From positions 1 through 42,400 of the forward strand of contig JBILKY010000001.1 in assembly GCA_044376395.1 (NCBI GenBank): a stretch of 42,400 bases of DNA. The letters run 5' to 3'. Below, one piece after another: positions 1 through 8,624 of the stretch (positions are counted from its first letter, which is position 1; every line of letters begins with the position of its first letter). The position numbers were made by a program, and so were the translations under genes. The notes under the pieces are model-generated. The model was not told the origin of the DNA. It did no database searches and saw nothing but the letters and a program-made list of their open reading frames with translations. The stretch comes from Chthoniobacteraceae bacterium (lineage in GTDB: Bacteria > Verrucomicrobiota > Verrucomicrobiia > Chthoniobacterales > Chthoniobacteraceae).

Positions 1-550
1 TTTTTGAGTAGAGGCTTTTCAAATACGCCTTGGTCGCCGAGTTGGCGGCTTCTTTTGATTTGGCTTCATCGGCCTTAGTGCGTAGCTCAGCAACCTTGGC
101 GTCTTCGAAAGCCTGTTGGCGGACTTGGACGAATAATTCGTCCTCGTTGGCTGCCGGCGTTTTCTGGGTTGGCTTTGCCGCAGTGGGCGCCGTCTGCGAT
201 GCAGGTTTCTTTGTCGCGGTGGTGCTTGATGACTGACTGGATTCACCCGATTTTTGAGGCGCTTTTTCCGCCGATTTTTCCGGAGATTTATCCGAGGTTT
301 TTTCGCCGGACTTGGACGTTGTTTTCTCGGGGGCTTTTTCTTGAGCCTTCTCCGGTGCCGGTTCGGCGGGTTTTGATCTGCTAAAAAATCCGGTCCGAGT
401 GGTGGTGGTCGGCGGAGGCGTCGCGGGCGTTTTCTCTGAGGATTTGCTGTCCGCCGCCCAACTCGAAGAAGAGGTGAGCACTGAGAGGCTCAGGGTTACC
501 CCGAGAGCCTGAATGGGGTGGCGGGTGGCAAAGAGGTGGAGTTTGCTCAT
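1..550 (-). CDS. Secreted low-complexity (K/E/S/P/T-rich) protein, 5' part only; the gene runs off the left edge
   Basis: The minus-strand frame is open from an ATG (complement of 548-550) to base 2 with no stop. It is missing from the ORF track because it is open-ended. My translation starts MSKLHLFATRHPIQALGVTLSLSVLTSSSSWAADSKSSEKTPATPPPTTTT, which looks like a signal peptide. It continues as ...EKAQEKAPEKTTSKSGEKTSDKSPEKSAEKAPQKSGE... Confidence 0.5.
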   Translation of the reverse strand, partial: MSKLHLFATRHPIQALGVTLSLSVLTSSSSWAADSKSSEKTPATPPPTTTTRTGFFSRSKPAEPAPEKAQEKAPEKTTSKSGEKTSDKSPEKSAEKAPQKSGESSQSSSTTATKKPASQTAPTAAKPTQKTPAANEDELFVQVRQQAFEDAKVAELRTKADEAKSKEAANSATKAYLKSLYSK

Positions 551-731
551 AGGGCGTCGGGGTTAAATTCACAGTACGCCGTTGTGCTTGGGTATGTCTA
601 GGGACAACCTTTGAGCCGCCGCGCGTCAAATTTGGAGATTTTCTCCCAGCGATCGGTCCTCAGGGTCCTTTTGCGGTCGGTGCGTAGAATCCGCTTCACG
701 ATGAGTGCTCAGACGCCTTGAATGTCGGTTT

Positions 732-1859
732 ATGGCAGTGCCTGAGAGCGAGTTTAGGACGTGGGCTGAAGTTTCCCGCGGTGCGTTGCGGTCGAACGTC
801 GATGCGATCCGCGCCCGGATTCACTCAAAAGGGGGAGTGATGGCGGTGGTGAAGGCGGATGCTTACGGCCACGGGATTGAGAACGTCGTCAACGCCGTGG
901 GTGAGAAAGTGGACTGGTTTGGAGTCGCGAATCTTCAGGAGGCGCTGCTCGTGCGGCGTGCTTCCGGGCGCGAGGTAAAGCCGGTCCTGATTTTGGGTCC
1001 CGCTTTGCCCTCGGAACGGCACGCCATCGCGGAGGCGGGTTTTTGCCCGGTGGTTTCAAGTCTCGAGGAGGCGGCCGCTTATGATTTGGTTGCGGGGAAT
1101 CTCGGGTTGGACGCTTTCCAGATCCATCTGGCAGTCGATACCGGGATGGGGCGCATGGGCGTTTGGGAGCGCGAGGCGGAAGACACGGCCCGCGCGATCA
1201 TGGGGCTGACCAGAGTGCGCCTGACGGGAATAGCGACTCATTTTCCATCCGCCGATGAGGATCGGGCATATACCCGCGCCCAGGTTGAAAGGTTTGCGGC
1301 GCTCGTGGCCAAGCTTCGGGCTGCGGGTTGGAGCGGGTTGGTGCACTTGGCCAATAGCGCCGGGCTCCTTGGATTCCCGGAATTCTGCGAGGATCTGGCG
1401 CGTGTCGGGTTGGCCATTTACGGATGCTCTCCGGTGGAGGGTCAGAACCAGCTCCTCGGGGTGACTCTGACCTGGAAGACGCGGGTGGTGCTGGTGCGGG
1501 ATTTGGGCGCTGGACGCTCTGTTTCGTACGGGCGGACTTTCATTACGGAAGGTCCGATGCGGGTTGCCACACTTGCGGTGGGGTACGCTGACGGGTATCC
1601 GCGTTCGCTTTCGGGCTCAGCTGCCCGCGTGTTGATCCGCGGCGTGGGCTGCCCGCTGTTGGGACGCGTGACCATGGATCAGATCATGGTGGATGTGAGC
1701 GCTTGTCCGGAGGTGGTCAGCGGGGAGGAGGTTGTATTGCTCGGTCGGCAGGGGGCGCAGCAGATCAGTGTGGACGAAATGGCGCACTGGGCTGGAACGA
1801 TCCCGTGGGAGATTTTTACTGGCTTCGGAGGGAGAGTGGTCAGGGTTGTGGTGGAGTAG
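732..1859 (+). CDS. alr: Alanine racemase (PLP-dependent)
   Basis: Carries VVKADAYGHG, the PLP-lysine motif of alanine racemases. The N-terminus has RTWAEV...AL..N and the length is ~375 aa. The track ORF opens at GTG 705; ATG 732 (MAVPESEF...) is the more likely start. Confidence 0.9.
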   Translation: MAVPESEFRTWAEVSRGALRSNVDAIRARIHSKGGVMAVVKADAYGHGIENVVNAVGEKVDWFGVANLQEALLVRRASGREVKPVLILGPALPSERHAIAEAGFCPVVSSLEEAAAYDLVAGNLGLDAFQIHLAVDTGMGRMGVWEREAEDTARAIMGLTRVRLTGIATHFPSADEDRAYTRAQVERFAALVAKLRAAGWSGLVHLANSAGLLGFPEFCEDLARVGLAIYGCSPVEGQNQLLGVTLTWKTRVVLVRDLGAGRSVSYGRTFITEGPMRVATLAVGYADGYPRSLSGSAARVLIRGVGCPLLGRVTMDQIMVDVSACPEVVSGEEVVLLGRQGAQQISVDEMAHWAGTIPWEIFTGFGGRVVRVVVE

Positions 1860-1952
1860 GGGCCGGTTTCGCCAAATTACCCTTGGTGATTTGCTTCCCC
1901 AAAACGGCTGTCTCCACTAAAGATAGTCCCCAGAAAAGCAGTCTCCATCCCA

Positions 1953-4121
1953 GTGCCTCCTTCCAATCCTCCTACCAGGCGCGCGCGTCTGCCGCAGCCG
2001 AAGCAGAATCAAGCCAAGCGGGGTGGCGGCCGGCTGTGGCGCGTGCTGGTGTTCGTCGGGTCGTGGGCGGCGCTTTGCGCGGGTTTAATTAGCGGCGTGT
2101 ATGCGATCTGGGCGTCGCAGTTTGACATGGCTGATGTGGAGCAGATCCGCGAGCGTTCGACGGTGTTTGACCGCGACGGCAAGCCGTACGGGCGTTTGGC
2201 TGGGGAAAACCGCTTGGTGGTGCCTCTTGAAAAAGTGTCTCCGTTTTTCATCAAGGCGCTTCTTGCTCGTGAGGATTCTCGTTTTTATGACCACCTGGGG
2301 GTTGATCCCATCGGCATCGCGCGAGCAGTTCTGCGCAATGTGATGTCGAATTCGGCGGCGCAGGGAGCCAGCACCTTGACGCAGCAACTGGCGCGCAATT
2401 CGTTCCCGCTCGGGGGAAAAAATATCCATCGAAAAATCCTCGAGGCGTTCGTGGCTTTCCGCATCGAAAAACATTATTCAAAGAAAGAGATTCTTGAGCA
2501 CTACATGAACCGGATTTACTTCGGGGCGGGTGTGTACGGGATTGAAACGGCGAGTCAGGCGTATTTCAACAAGCGCGCTTCAGAATTGAGTTTGGGTGAG
2601 GCTGCAATGATGGCTGGTATCATTCGCGGACCTTCGCGGTTTTCGCCGCTTACGAATTTGAAGGCGGCGATCAGGGAGCGGGACACGGTTTTGGAGCGTC
2701 TGGTAAAGCTGAACTCGGTGAAGCTCGAGGCTGCAGAGGCAGCGCGAACCGCGGAGATTGTTGTCTCATCGAAGCGCAAACTTACGATTCAGGAAAACTA
2801 CGTGATGGATGCGGTAGTCCGTGAATTGGGCCGTGTGCTCAGCGACGAACAATTGGGTGAGAGCGGCCTGCGCATCTACACTTCGCTGGATCCCGTGCTG
2901 CAGGATACCGCACAGGGCGCGTTGGACGCGCACCTTACGAAAATTGAGGCCAAGCCTGGGTATGCGCATCCCAAAAAAGCTGAGTTCACTCGTGAGGCCC
3001 GCGAGGCGGAGGTGGAGCCCGCTTATCTGCAGGGATCCGTGGTCGTGATTGACAACCGGACCGGCGGCATCCGCGCGCTTGTCGGCGGGAGAGATTATGC
3101 CGACAGCCGCTACAATCGCGCGATTCTCTCGGAGCGCCCGATTGGCTCCACCTTCAAATCATTTGTGTATTTAGCGGCGTTCGGGCGTGGGCTCAGTCCG
3201 GGCGCGATGCTCAGCGACGATCCCTTGCAGAGAGGTGAGGTCAAAGGGGCGGGGGCATGGTCTCCTGCCAATTCGGACGGCACTTTCAAGGGGATGATGT
3301 CGGCAGAGGACGGGCTGATTCAGTCACGGAACACAGTCACGGTCCGGGCAGGTGAGCGGGCTGGGCTTGCGGAAGTTGCGAAAGTCGCGGGTGTGGTCGG
3401 GCTTGATAAAATGCCTCAGAGGCCCTCCGCATACCTTGGCGCGTTTGAGTCGACATTGATGCGAGTGACAAAGGCGTACACGGTTTTTCCGAATCAAGGG
3501 CGTTTGCGTGACGCGTTTTTAATTGAGCGCGTTGAAGACGCCGGTGGTTCGACTTTATATCGATCACCGTCATCCTCCCGCTCGATCCTGCATCCTTCAG
3601 CTTGCTCTCTGGTCACCAACGCTCTTGTGAAGGTGTTGGATCGGGGGACCGGCGCCGCAGCTCGTGAGAAAGGATTTAAAAAACCTGCCGGAGGAAAAAC
3701 CGGCACGACTGATGATTACAAGGACGCATGGTTTGTGGGATTCACCAGCAGTCTTACGGCCGGCGTTTGGGTCGGGTTTGACCGTCCGCAGCGCACGGTC
3801 GCGCAGGGCTACGGCGCGACCATGGCGCTTCCTGTGTGGATTGAAGTCATTAATGCGGCGTCCGAACAGCGATATCCTGCACTGAGCTTCCGCGACGCGC
3901 CACCGCCCCCGGTTCCACCTCCAGTTTCAGTCCCGGTGTCAGCACCCCCGGCCGTCCGTCCCGTCAGGGTGGAGCCTGCGCCGGCTGGGACTCAGCCGAC
4001 TGCTGCCCCTCTTCCGAGGAAAGTCGAGGCCGCCTCGACCACCCAGAATCCGCCAAGGGCCGAGCCTCTTAGGGCAGAACCGCTCAAAGTTGAGCCGGTC
4101 CTAAAGCCGTTCAATCCATGA
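1953..4121 (+). CDS. Class A penicillin-binding protein (bifunctional glycosyltransferase/transpeptidase, PBP1A-like) with a proline-rich C-terminal tail
   Basis: GT51 motifs are present: EDSRFYDHLG, GASTLTQQLARN, RKILEAF, KKEILEHYMNRIYFG. Transpeptidase motifs are present: STFK (SxxK), SRN (SxN), KTGTT (KTG). There is an N-terminal TM anchor. The last ~85 aa are P/A/V-rich. Confidence 0.92.
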   Translation: MPPSNPPTRRARLPQPKQNQAKRGGGRLWRVLVFVGSWAALCAGLISGVYAIWASQFDMADVEQIRERSTVFDRDGKPYGRLAGENRLVVPLEKVSPFFIKALLAREDSRFYDHLGVDPIGIARAVLRNVMSNSAAQGASTLTQQLARNSFPLGGKNIHRKILEAFVAFRIEKHYSKKEILEHYMNRIYFGAGVYGIETASQAYFNKRASELSLGEAAMMAGIIRGPSRFSPLTNLKAAIRERDTVLERLVKLNSVKLEAAEAARTAEIVVSSKRKLTIQENYVMDAVVRELGRVLSDEQLGESGLRIYTSLDPVLQDTAQGALDAHLTKIEAKPGYAHPKKAEFTREAREAEVEPAYLQGSVVVIDNRTGGIRALVGGRDYADSRYNRAILSERPIGSTFKSFVYLAAFGRGLSPGAMLSDDPLQRGEVKGAGAWSPANSDGTFKGMMSAEDGLIQSRNTVTVRAGERAGLAEVAKVAGVVGLDKMPQRPSAYLGAFESTLMRVTKAYTVFPNQGRLRDAFLIERVEDAGGSTLYRSPSSSRSILHPSACSLVTNALVKVLDRGTGAAAREKGFKKPAGGKTGTTDDYKDAWFVGFTSSLTAGVWVGFDRPQRTVAQGYGATMALPVWIEVINAASEQRYPALSFRDAPPPPVPPPVSVPVSAPPAVRPVRVEPAPAGTQPTAAPLPRKVEAASTTQNPPRAEPLRAEPLKVEPVLKPFNP

Positions 4122-5734
4122 GCGAGCCAGGAAAGCAGCTGAGTGCACGTTCGGTTGGGGTGGTTGGCGTTGCCGTTTTGTGCAGCCGCGTTCTGGGTTT
4201 GGCGCGTGAACTGATCCTCGCGCACCTCTTTGGCGCTGGCCTTGCGATGGATGCTTTCAAGGTGGCTTTCCGCATTCCAAATTTGCTGCGCGATTTGTTC
4301 GCGGAGGGGGCGCTTTCAACCGCGCTTGTCACCACTTTTTCGAAGAAGGACGCGACCGAGGGCAGCGAGGCCGCGTGGTCTCTTGCCAACAAAGTGGCGA
4401 GTCTTGCAACGGTTGTGATCGGCCTTCTGGTGGTAACGGGCGTCGTGTTCTCCCCCGCAGTGGTGGGTGTCATTGCGAGTGGTTTTTCTGGAGAGAAAGC
4501 GGAGCTCACTGTGCAGCTCACGCGGATCATGTTCCCTTTCATTTTGCTGGTTTCACTCGCGGCTCTGGCGATGGGGTTGCTGAACGCTAAAAATGTTTTT
4601 GGAGCGCCCGCCATGGCGTCCAGCTTCTTCAACATCGGCTCCATCTTGGGCGGTGTGGGTTTTGCATGGTGGTTGGATCCTGGGTTTGGACCGCGCTCGT
4701 TGGTGGGGCTCGCAATAGGCACTCTGCTGGGCGGCTTAGCGCAGTTGATGGCCCAATGGCCAGCCTTGTACCGTGTCGGATACCGGTTTTGCTTGGACTT
4801 CCAGTGGCGTGATTCGGGTGTGCGTGAGGTGCTTCGTTTGATGGGCCCGGCGGTGATTGCCGCAAGCGCTGTGCAGGTGAATGTGATGGTGAATAGTCAC
4901 TTTGCTTCCATGGTCCCGGGAGACGGTCCGGTGAGCTGGTTGGATTACGCCTTCCGCTTGATGCAGCTGCCACTGGGCGTTTTTGGCGTCGCGATTGGAA
5001 CCGTGACGCTGCCTTTAGTTTCGCGCCACGCGGCGCTCGGGGATACCACCGCTCTCAGGGCGGCACTCTCCAAAGGGTTGCGTCTTGGGTTTCTGCTCAC
5101 GGTGCCCTCGTCAATCGGGCTGGCATGCCTGGCGGATCCCATTATCTCAATCATATATGAGCGCGGCCGCTTTGATGCCGCCTCGACTGCTCAGACTGCG
5201 GGAGCGTTACGGTTTTACGCGATTGGCTTGGCTGCGTACGCCGGAATTAAGGTGCTCGCGCCCGCGTTCTACGCAGTCGGTCGGCGCAAGACGCCGATGC
5301 TGGTGAGCTTTTGCGCGATCGGGGTGAATTTGATCTTGAACTGGTATTTCACACTTCACCTGCAGATGGGGCATCGCGGGCTAGCGCTCTCTACTGGGTG
5401 CATTGCGGTGGCGAACTTCACTGCTCTCTACTTGCTGATGCGCGCGCATTTGAAGGGGTTGGAATCCGCAAGCATGTTTGCGGCGCTTGCGCGCATCTTC
5501 GTGGCGGGGGCCTTGATGGCGGCCGTCTGCCTGCTGGGTGCAAGCCATATCAGGGATCAATGGGCGTTGCTTGGGCTTCCCATGCGAGTTCTACAACTCG
5601 CGTGTATCATTGGAGCCGCTGCACTCGTGTTTTTTGGAGCGGCCGCACTGCTGCGGGTTGGGGAGATTAGGGAACTCGGTGCAGCCATTCGGCGGAAGAT
5701 TCAAGGGCGCGGGTCGCAGAAATCAAAGGACTAG
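4118..5734 (+). CDS. murJ: Lipid II flippase MurJ (MviN family)
   Basis: The N-terminus VLCSRVLGLARELILAHLFGAGLAMDAFKVAFRIPNLLRDLFAEGALSTALV is the canonical MurJ signature. The protein is polytopic and 538 aa. Its start overlaps the PBP stop by 4 nt (ATGA). Confidence 0.92.
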   Translation: MSEPGKQLSARSVGVVGVAVLCSRVLGLARELILAHLFGAGLAMDAFKVAFRIPNLLRDLFAEGALSTALVTTFSKKDATEGSEAAWSLANKVASLATVVIGLLVVTGVVFSPAVVGVIASGFSGEKAELTVQLTRIMFPFILLVSLAALAMGLLNAKNVFGAPAMASSFFNIGSILGGVGFAWWLDPGFGPRSLVGLAIGTLLGGLAQLMAQWPALYRVGYRFCLDFQWRDSGVREVLRLMGPAVIAASAVQVNVMVNSHFASMVPGDGPVSWLDYAFRLMQLPLGVFGVAIGTVTLPLVSRHAALGDTTALRAALSKGLRLGFLLTVPSSIGLACLADPIISIIYERGRFDAASTAQTAGALRFYAIGLAAYAGIKVLAPAFYAVGRRKTPMLVSFCAIGVNLILNWYFTLHLQMGHRGLALSTGCIAVANFTALYLLMRAHLKGLESASMFAALARIFVAGALMAAVCLLGASHIRDQWALLGLPMRVLQLACIIGAAALVFFGAAALLRVGEIRELGAAIRRKIQGRGSQKSKD

Positions 5735-5841
5735 TGAATTGGCGTGGCGATGAGGATCCGTGCGATTGCCTGCAAATGTATTTCCCGTACCACTAACTGA
5801 AATTGGAAATAAGCCCACGACTGCAACCCTCCAGCTCTGAC

Positions 5842-6819
5842 ATGCCACTCCACATCATTCCAAAACATCTCTCGCGGCGGCGTTTTTTGTCGTCGCTTAT
5901 TTCCGCTGCATCCGCAGCAGGAGCTGCGTATTTCGGACAAGAGACGCGGCTCGGTGCGCAGGAGTCGCTCGAGGACGACTACGAACCCTGGGCCCTCCTG
6001 TCCGATACGCACATCGCAGCGGATCCGCTCACCAACGCCCGGGGCGTCAACATGGCGGATCATCTCCTGCAGGCTGTGGGTGAGGTGCTCGGTCAGCACA
6101 AGCAGCGTCCATTTGCGGGCGCCTTGATCAATGGGGACTGCGCTTTTCTTGATGGTCAAATCGAGGATTATAGGACGCTTGGAACTCTTGTTGAGCCGTT
6201 GTTTGAAAGCGGGGTGCCGTTGCATGTGACGCTTGGCAACCATGATGAGAGGACCCGGGTGCGGGCTGGGTTCGGGAAAGTTTTTGGAAGTGGCCTTGCG
6301 AAATCCGCTCCGGTTCCGGGCGTTGATTTCGCAAATTTAGACGGCAAGCTGGCCTCGCGCGTGCGCGGCAGATTTTGTGATTGGTATCTGCTGGATTCGC
6401 TGGAGTTCACAAACAAAACGCCTGGCAGGGTGGGGGAGGCACAAGTGGCTTGGTTGGCGGAGGCCTTAAAGGCAGTCCCGAAGCGGCCGGCGCTGGTGAT
6501 GGTGCATCATAATCCGCACCCTATTTCTCCGGCGAAGTCCAACGGGCTCACAGACACGGATCTTTTGCTGCCCGTTCTGTTGGACAATCGTCAGGTGAAA
6601 GCGCTGTTTTTTGGGCACACGCACGTCGCCGCGAAGTTCGAAATGGACGGCCTGCATCTCGTGAATCTCCCCGCTTGCGCTTATCGTTTCGCAACCGAGC
6701 AGCCTACCGGCTGGACTTCGGCTTTGGTGGGGCCCTCCGGGTGCAGGCTCACTTTGTTTGATACCGGCAAGGCTCATGCATTGCATGGACGGGAGACCAT
6801 TTTGAAGTGGCGTAGCTGA
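5842..6819 (+). CDS. Tat-exported calcineurin-like metallophosphoesterase
   Basis: Twin-arginine leader SRRRFLSSLISAASAAGAAYF. Phosphoesterase motifs occur in order: SDTH, GDCAF, GNHDE, VMVHHNP, GHTH. ATG 5842 is preferred over the track's TTG 5803. Confidence 0.85.
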   Translation: MPLHIIPKHLSRRRFLSSLISAASAAGAAYFGQETRLGAQESLEDDYEPWALLSDTHIAADPLTNARGVNMADHLLQAVGEVLGQHKQRPFAGALINGDCAFLDGQIEDYRTLGTLVEPLFESGVPLHVTLGNHDERTRVRAGFGKVFGSGLAKSAPVPGVDFANLDGKLASRVRGRFCDWYLLDSLEFTNKTPGRVGEAQVAWLAEALKAVPKRPALVMVHHNPHPISPAKSNGLTDTDLLLPVLLDNRQVKALFFGHTHVAAKFEMDGLHLVNLPACAYRFATEQPTGWTSALVGPSGCRLTLFDTGKAHALHGRETILKWRS

Positions 6820-6825
6820 GTGCCG

Positions 6826-8607
6826 CTAAGGAGTTTTCAAGAGCTCGGGCGCGATCCGCGATTGAGCGTCTTGAGCAATTTCGCTTGCCGGATAGATCCG
6901 TTGCGCCTTGAGGTACCATGAAAGGCTCACCGCCAGCTGAGCTGAATCTTCGCTTCTGCGCGCGGTTTCAATCGCAGAAACAAATACCGGGGCCTTCGTG
7001 GTGAGTTCACTCCGCAGCTTGTTGATCTCCAGCTCGTCTGGGAAAAGTTTCGCCGCCTTATCCAGCGATTCCCATGCGCCAGGGTAATCGCCTTTTCGTG
7101 AATACTCCTGCGCTTTTGCGAGGCTTGTATTGATAGATGCGACCTGATCAAGGATCTCCAGCAGCCGCGCGCGGCGTTCCGGCGTGGCCGTTTGCGCCGC
7201 AGCCAGGAACCGGCCGGCCTCGCGGCCGATTCTGGAAAAGTTTTTGTGAGCGATTAATTGATCAAGCTCCAGCAAGGACTGATGTGCGGTGTCGCTCATT
7301 TTGAACGCCGCTTGTGACACCTCTGTGAGTTCAGGATTGGTGGGCCAGATTTTAGCCGCTTCTTGTATCGCGATGTCGAATCCTACATGGTTGCCTGAAT
7401 TGGCGGATGCGCGCGCTTTTTCAATATGAAGACGCGCAGCAGCTTTCGCAGCGTCTATGAGTGATTGGGCTTCCACGCTGTTGAAGTCCTTCGCGACCTC
7501 CTTGAGTCCACCGGTGCCGGTAAGCAGTTCTTGGGCGAGTGTGAAATTGCGGGTCTCTAAACTGCTTTCAAGTTGCTGCGTTTTCTGCAGGAAGCCGAGG
7601 ATGTCCCGTTTTCTTTGAAGTGGGATGGTTCGCAGCTCGGGCATGTATTCTCCGATCATCCACGCATCCCGAAGCCGTTCTGTGGCGGATCGCAGTTCGC
7701 CGTGATGGTACAGGGTATGGAACGCCTGGCTGGCCAGCTGAACGTCCCGCATGGCCTCGTTTCCGAGAGCTTCGAGAGAGGCTACCGTGGGTGGAGAGTT
7801 CGTTCCGGTTGACAGGCTTTCTTGTGTCTGTTTGTCGATGTTGAGTCGTGAATCGCCGTCGGTGAATATAGCCCTGTAAAAGCGCGTCCCTATGGCCACA
7901 TGGTGGAAGCGGCGTTGCATGAAAAGCTGTATGAGAAAGCTTTGAAAATCAATTTTTGCCTGCAGTTCTGAGAGCGCTCGTCTCGCTCCGTTTGCGGTGA
8001 TTTTAGCCTTGTTCTCGGCGACCTGCTCGGAGGCAGCGATCGAATTGGATTTACGCTTTTTTTCAACTTCCTCCTCAAGAATTCGATTGGCTTCCGCCAG
8101 AATCGTCTGATTTCGCCGTGATTGCCAGACACTGTAGATTGCGTTTGAAAGGGTGTCGCAGAGTCGGCTGTCGCCGGGGTAGGTCGATGCGCGCGTGAGT
8201 AACCTGAATGCCTCGCTTAGGGTGCCCGCTTTCAGTACGTTTGGATCCAAGAGAGAGATGATCTGATTTAGAATCTTGCGATGCTCTTGCTCCGCTTCGC
8301 TTTTCTCCTCCGGCGTATTTAGGAATTTTTCGAACCGGCCCATGAAAGTCGCGTTCTCACTGGGCTTCCATGTTTTGCCGTTGAAGCGCAGCAACCCATC
8401 GGTTGGGTTCAGCGCCGTAAAAACATCGGTTTGTTTAGGGGGTTGAGAATTTGGCTTGCCGCTTGGGGATTCGGGGGACTGCGCCCGCGCCGAAGTTTCT
8501 TGCACCATTGAGAGGGTGAGAACCGCGAAGAAAGCGTGAGCCCACGAATAGGAATGGACCCGCCTCGTGAGACTCTTAAATCGTGGGTGGCGTAGTCTCG
8601 CTAACAT
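6826..8607 (-). CDS. Secreted alpha-helical protein of unknown function; downstream member of a tandem paralog pair
   Basis: 593-598 aa with a hydrophobic N-terminal leader (WAHAFFAVLTLSMVQETSARAQ). It aligns by eye with the upstream 720-aa gene along its whole length (FNG..W, RFEK.LNTPEE, EHR.ILNQII.LLDPN, GDSRL.DT..NAIYSVW, QLF.QRRFHHV.IG.RFYRAIF, AWYLKAQR.YP). The first ATG is at 8607 with GGTGA 9 nt upstream; the track opens at TTG 8622. Confidence 0.8.
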   Translation of the reverse strand: MLARLRHPRFKSLTRRVHSYSWAHAFFAVLTLSMVQETSARAQSPESPSGKPNSQPPKQTDVFTALNPTDGLLRFNGKTWKPSENATFMGRFEKFLNTPEEKSEAEQEHRKILNQIISLLDPNVLKAGTLSEAFRLLTRASTYPGDSRLCDTLSNAIYSVWQSRRNQTILAEANRILEEEVEKKRKSNSIAASEQVAENKAKITANGARRALSELQAKIDFQSFLIQLFMQRRFHHVAIGTRFYRAIFTDGDSRLNIDKQTQESLSTGTNSPPTVASLEALGNEAMRDVQLASQAFHTLYHHGELRSATERLRDAWMIGEYMPELRTIPLQRKRDILGFLQKTQQLESSLETRNFTLAQELLTGTGGLKEVAKDFNSVEAQSLIDAAKAAARLHIEKARASANSGNHVGFDIAIQEAAKIWPTNPELTEVSQAAFKMSDTAHQSLLELDQLIAHKNFSRIGREAGRFLAAAQTATPERRARLLEILDQVASINTSLAKAQEYSRKGDYPGAWESLDKAAKLFPDELEINKLRSELTTKAPVFVSAIETARRSEDSAQLAVSLSWYLKAQRIYPASEIAQDAQSRIAPELLKTP

Positions 8608-8624
8608 GCATTGTTTCACCAAGC

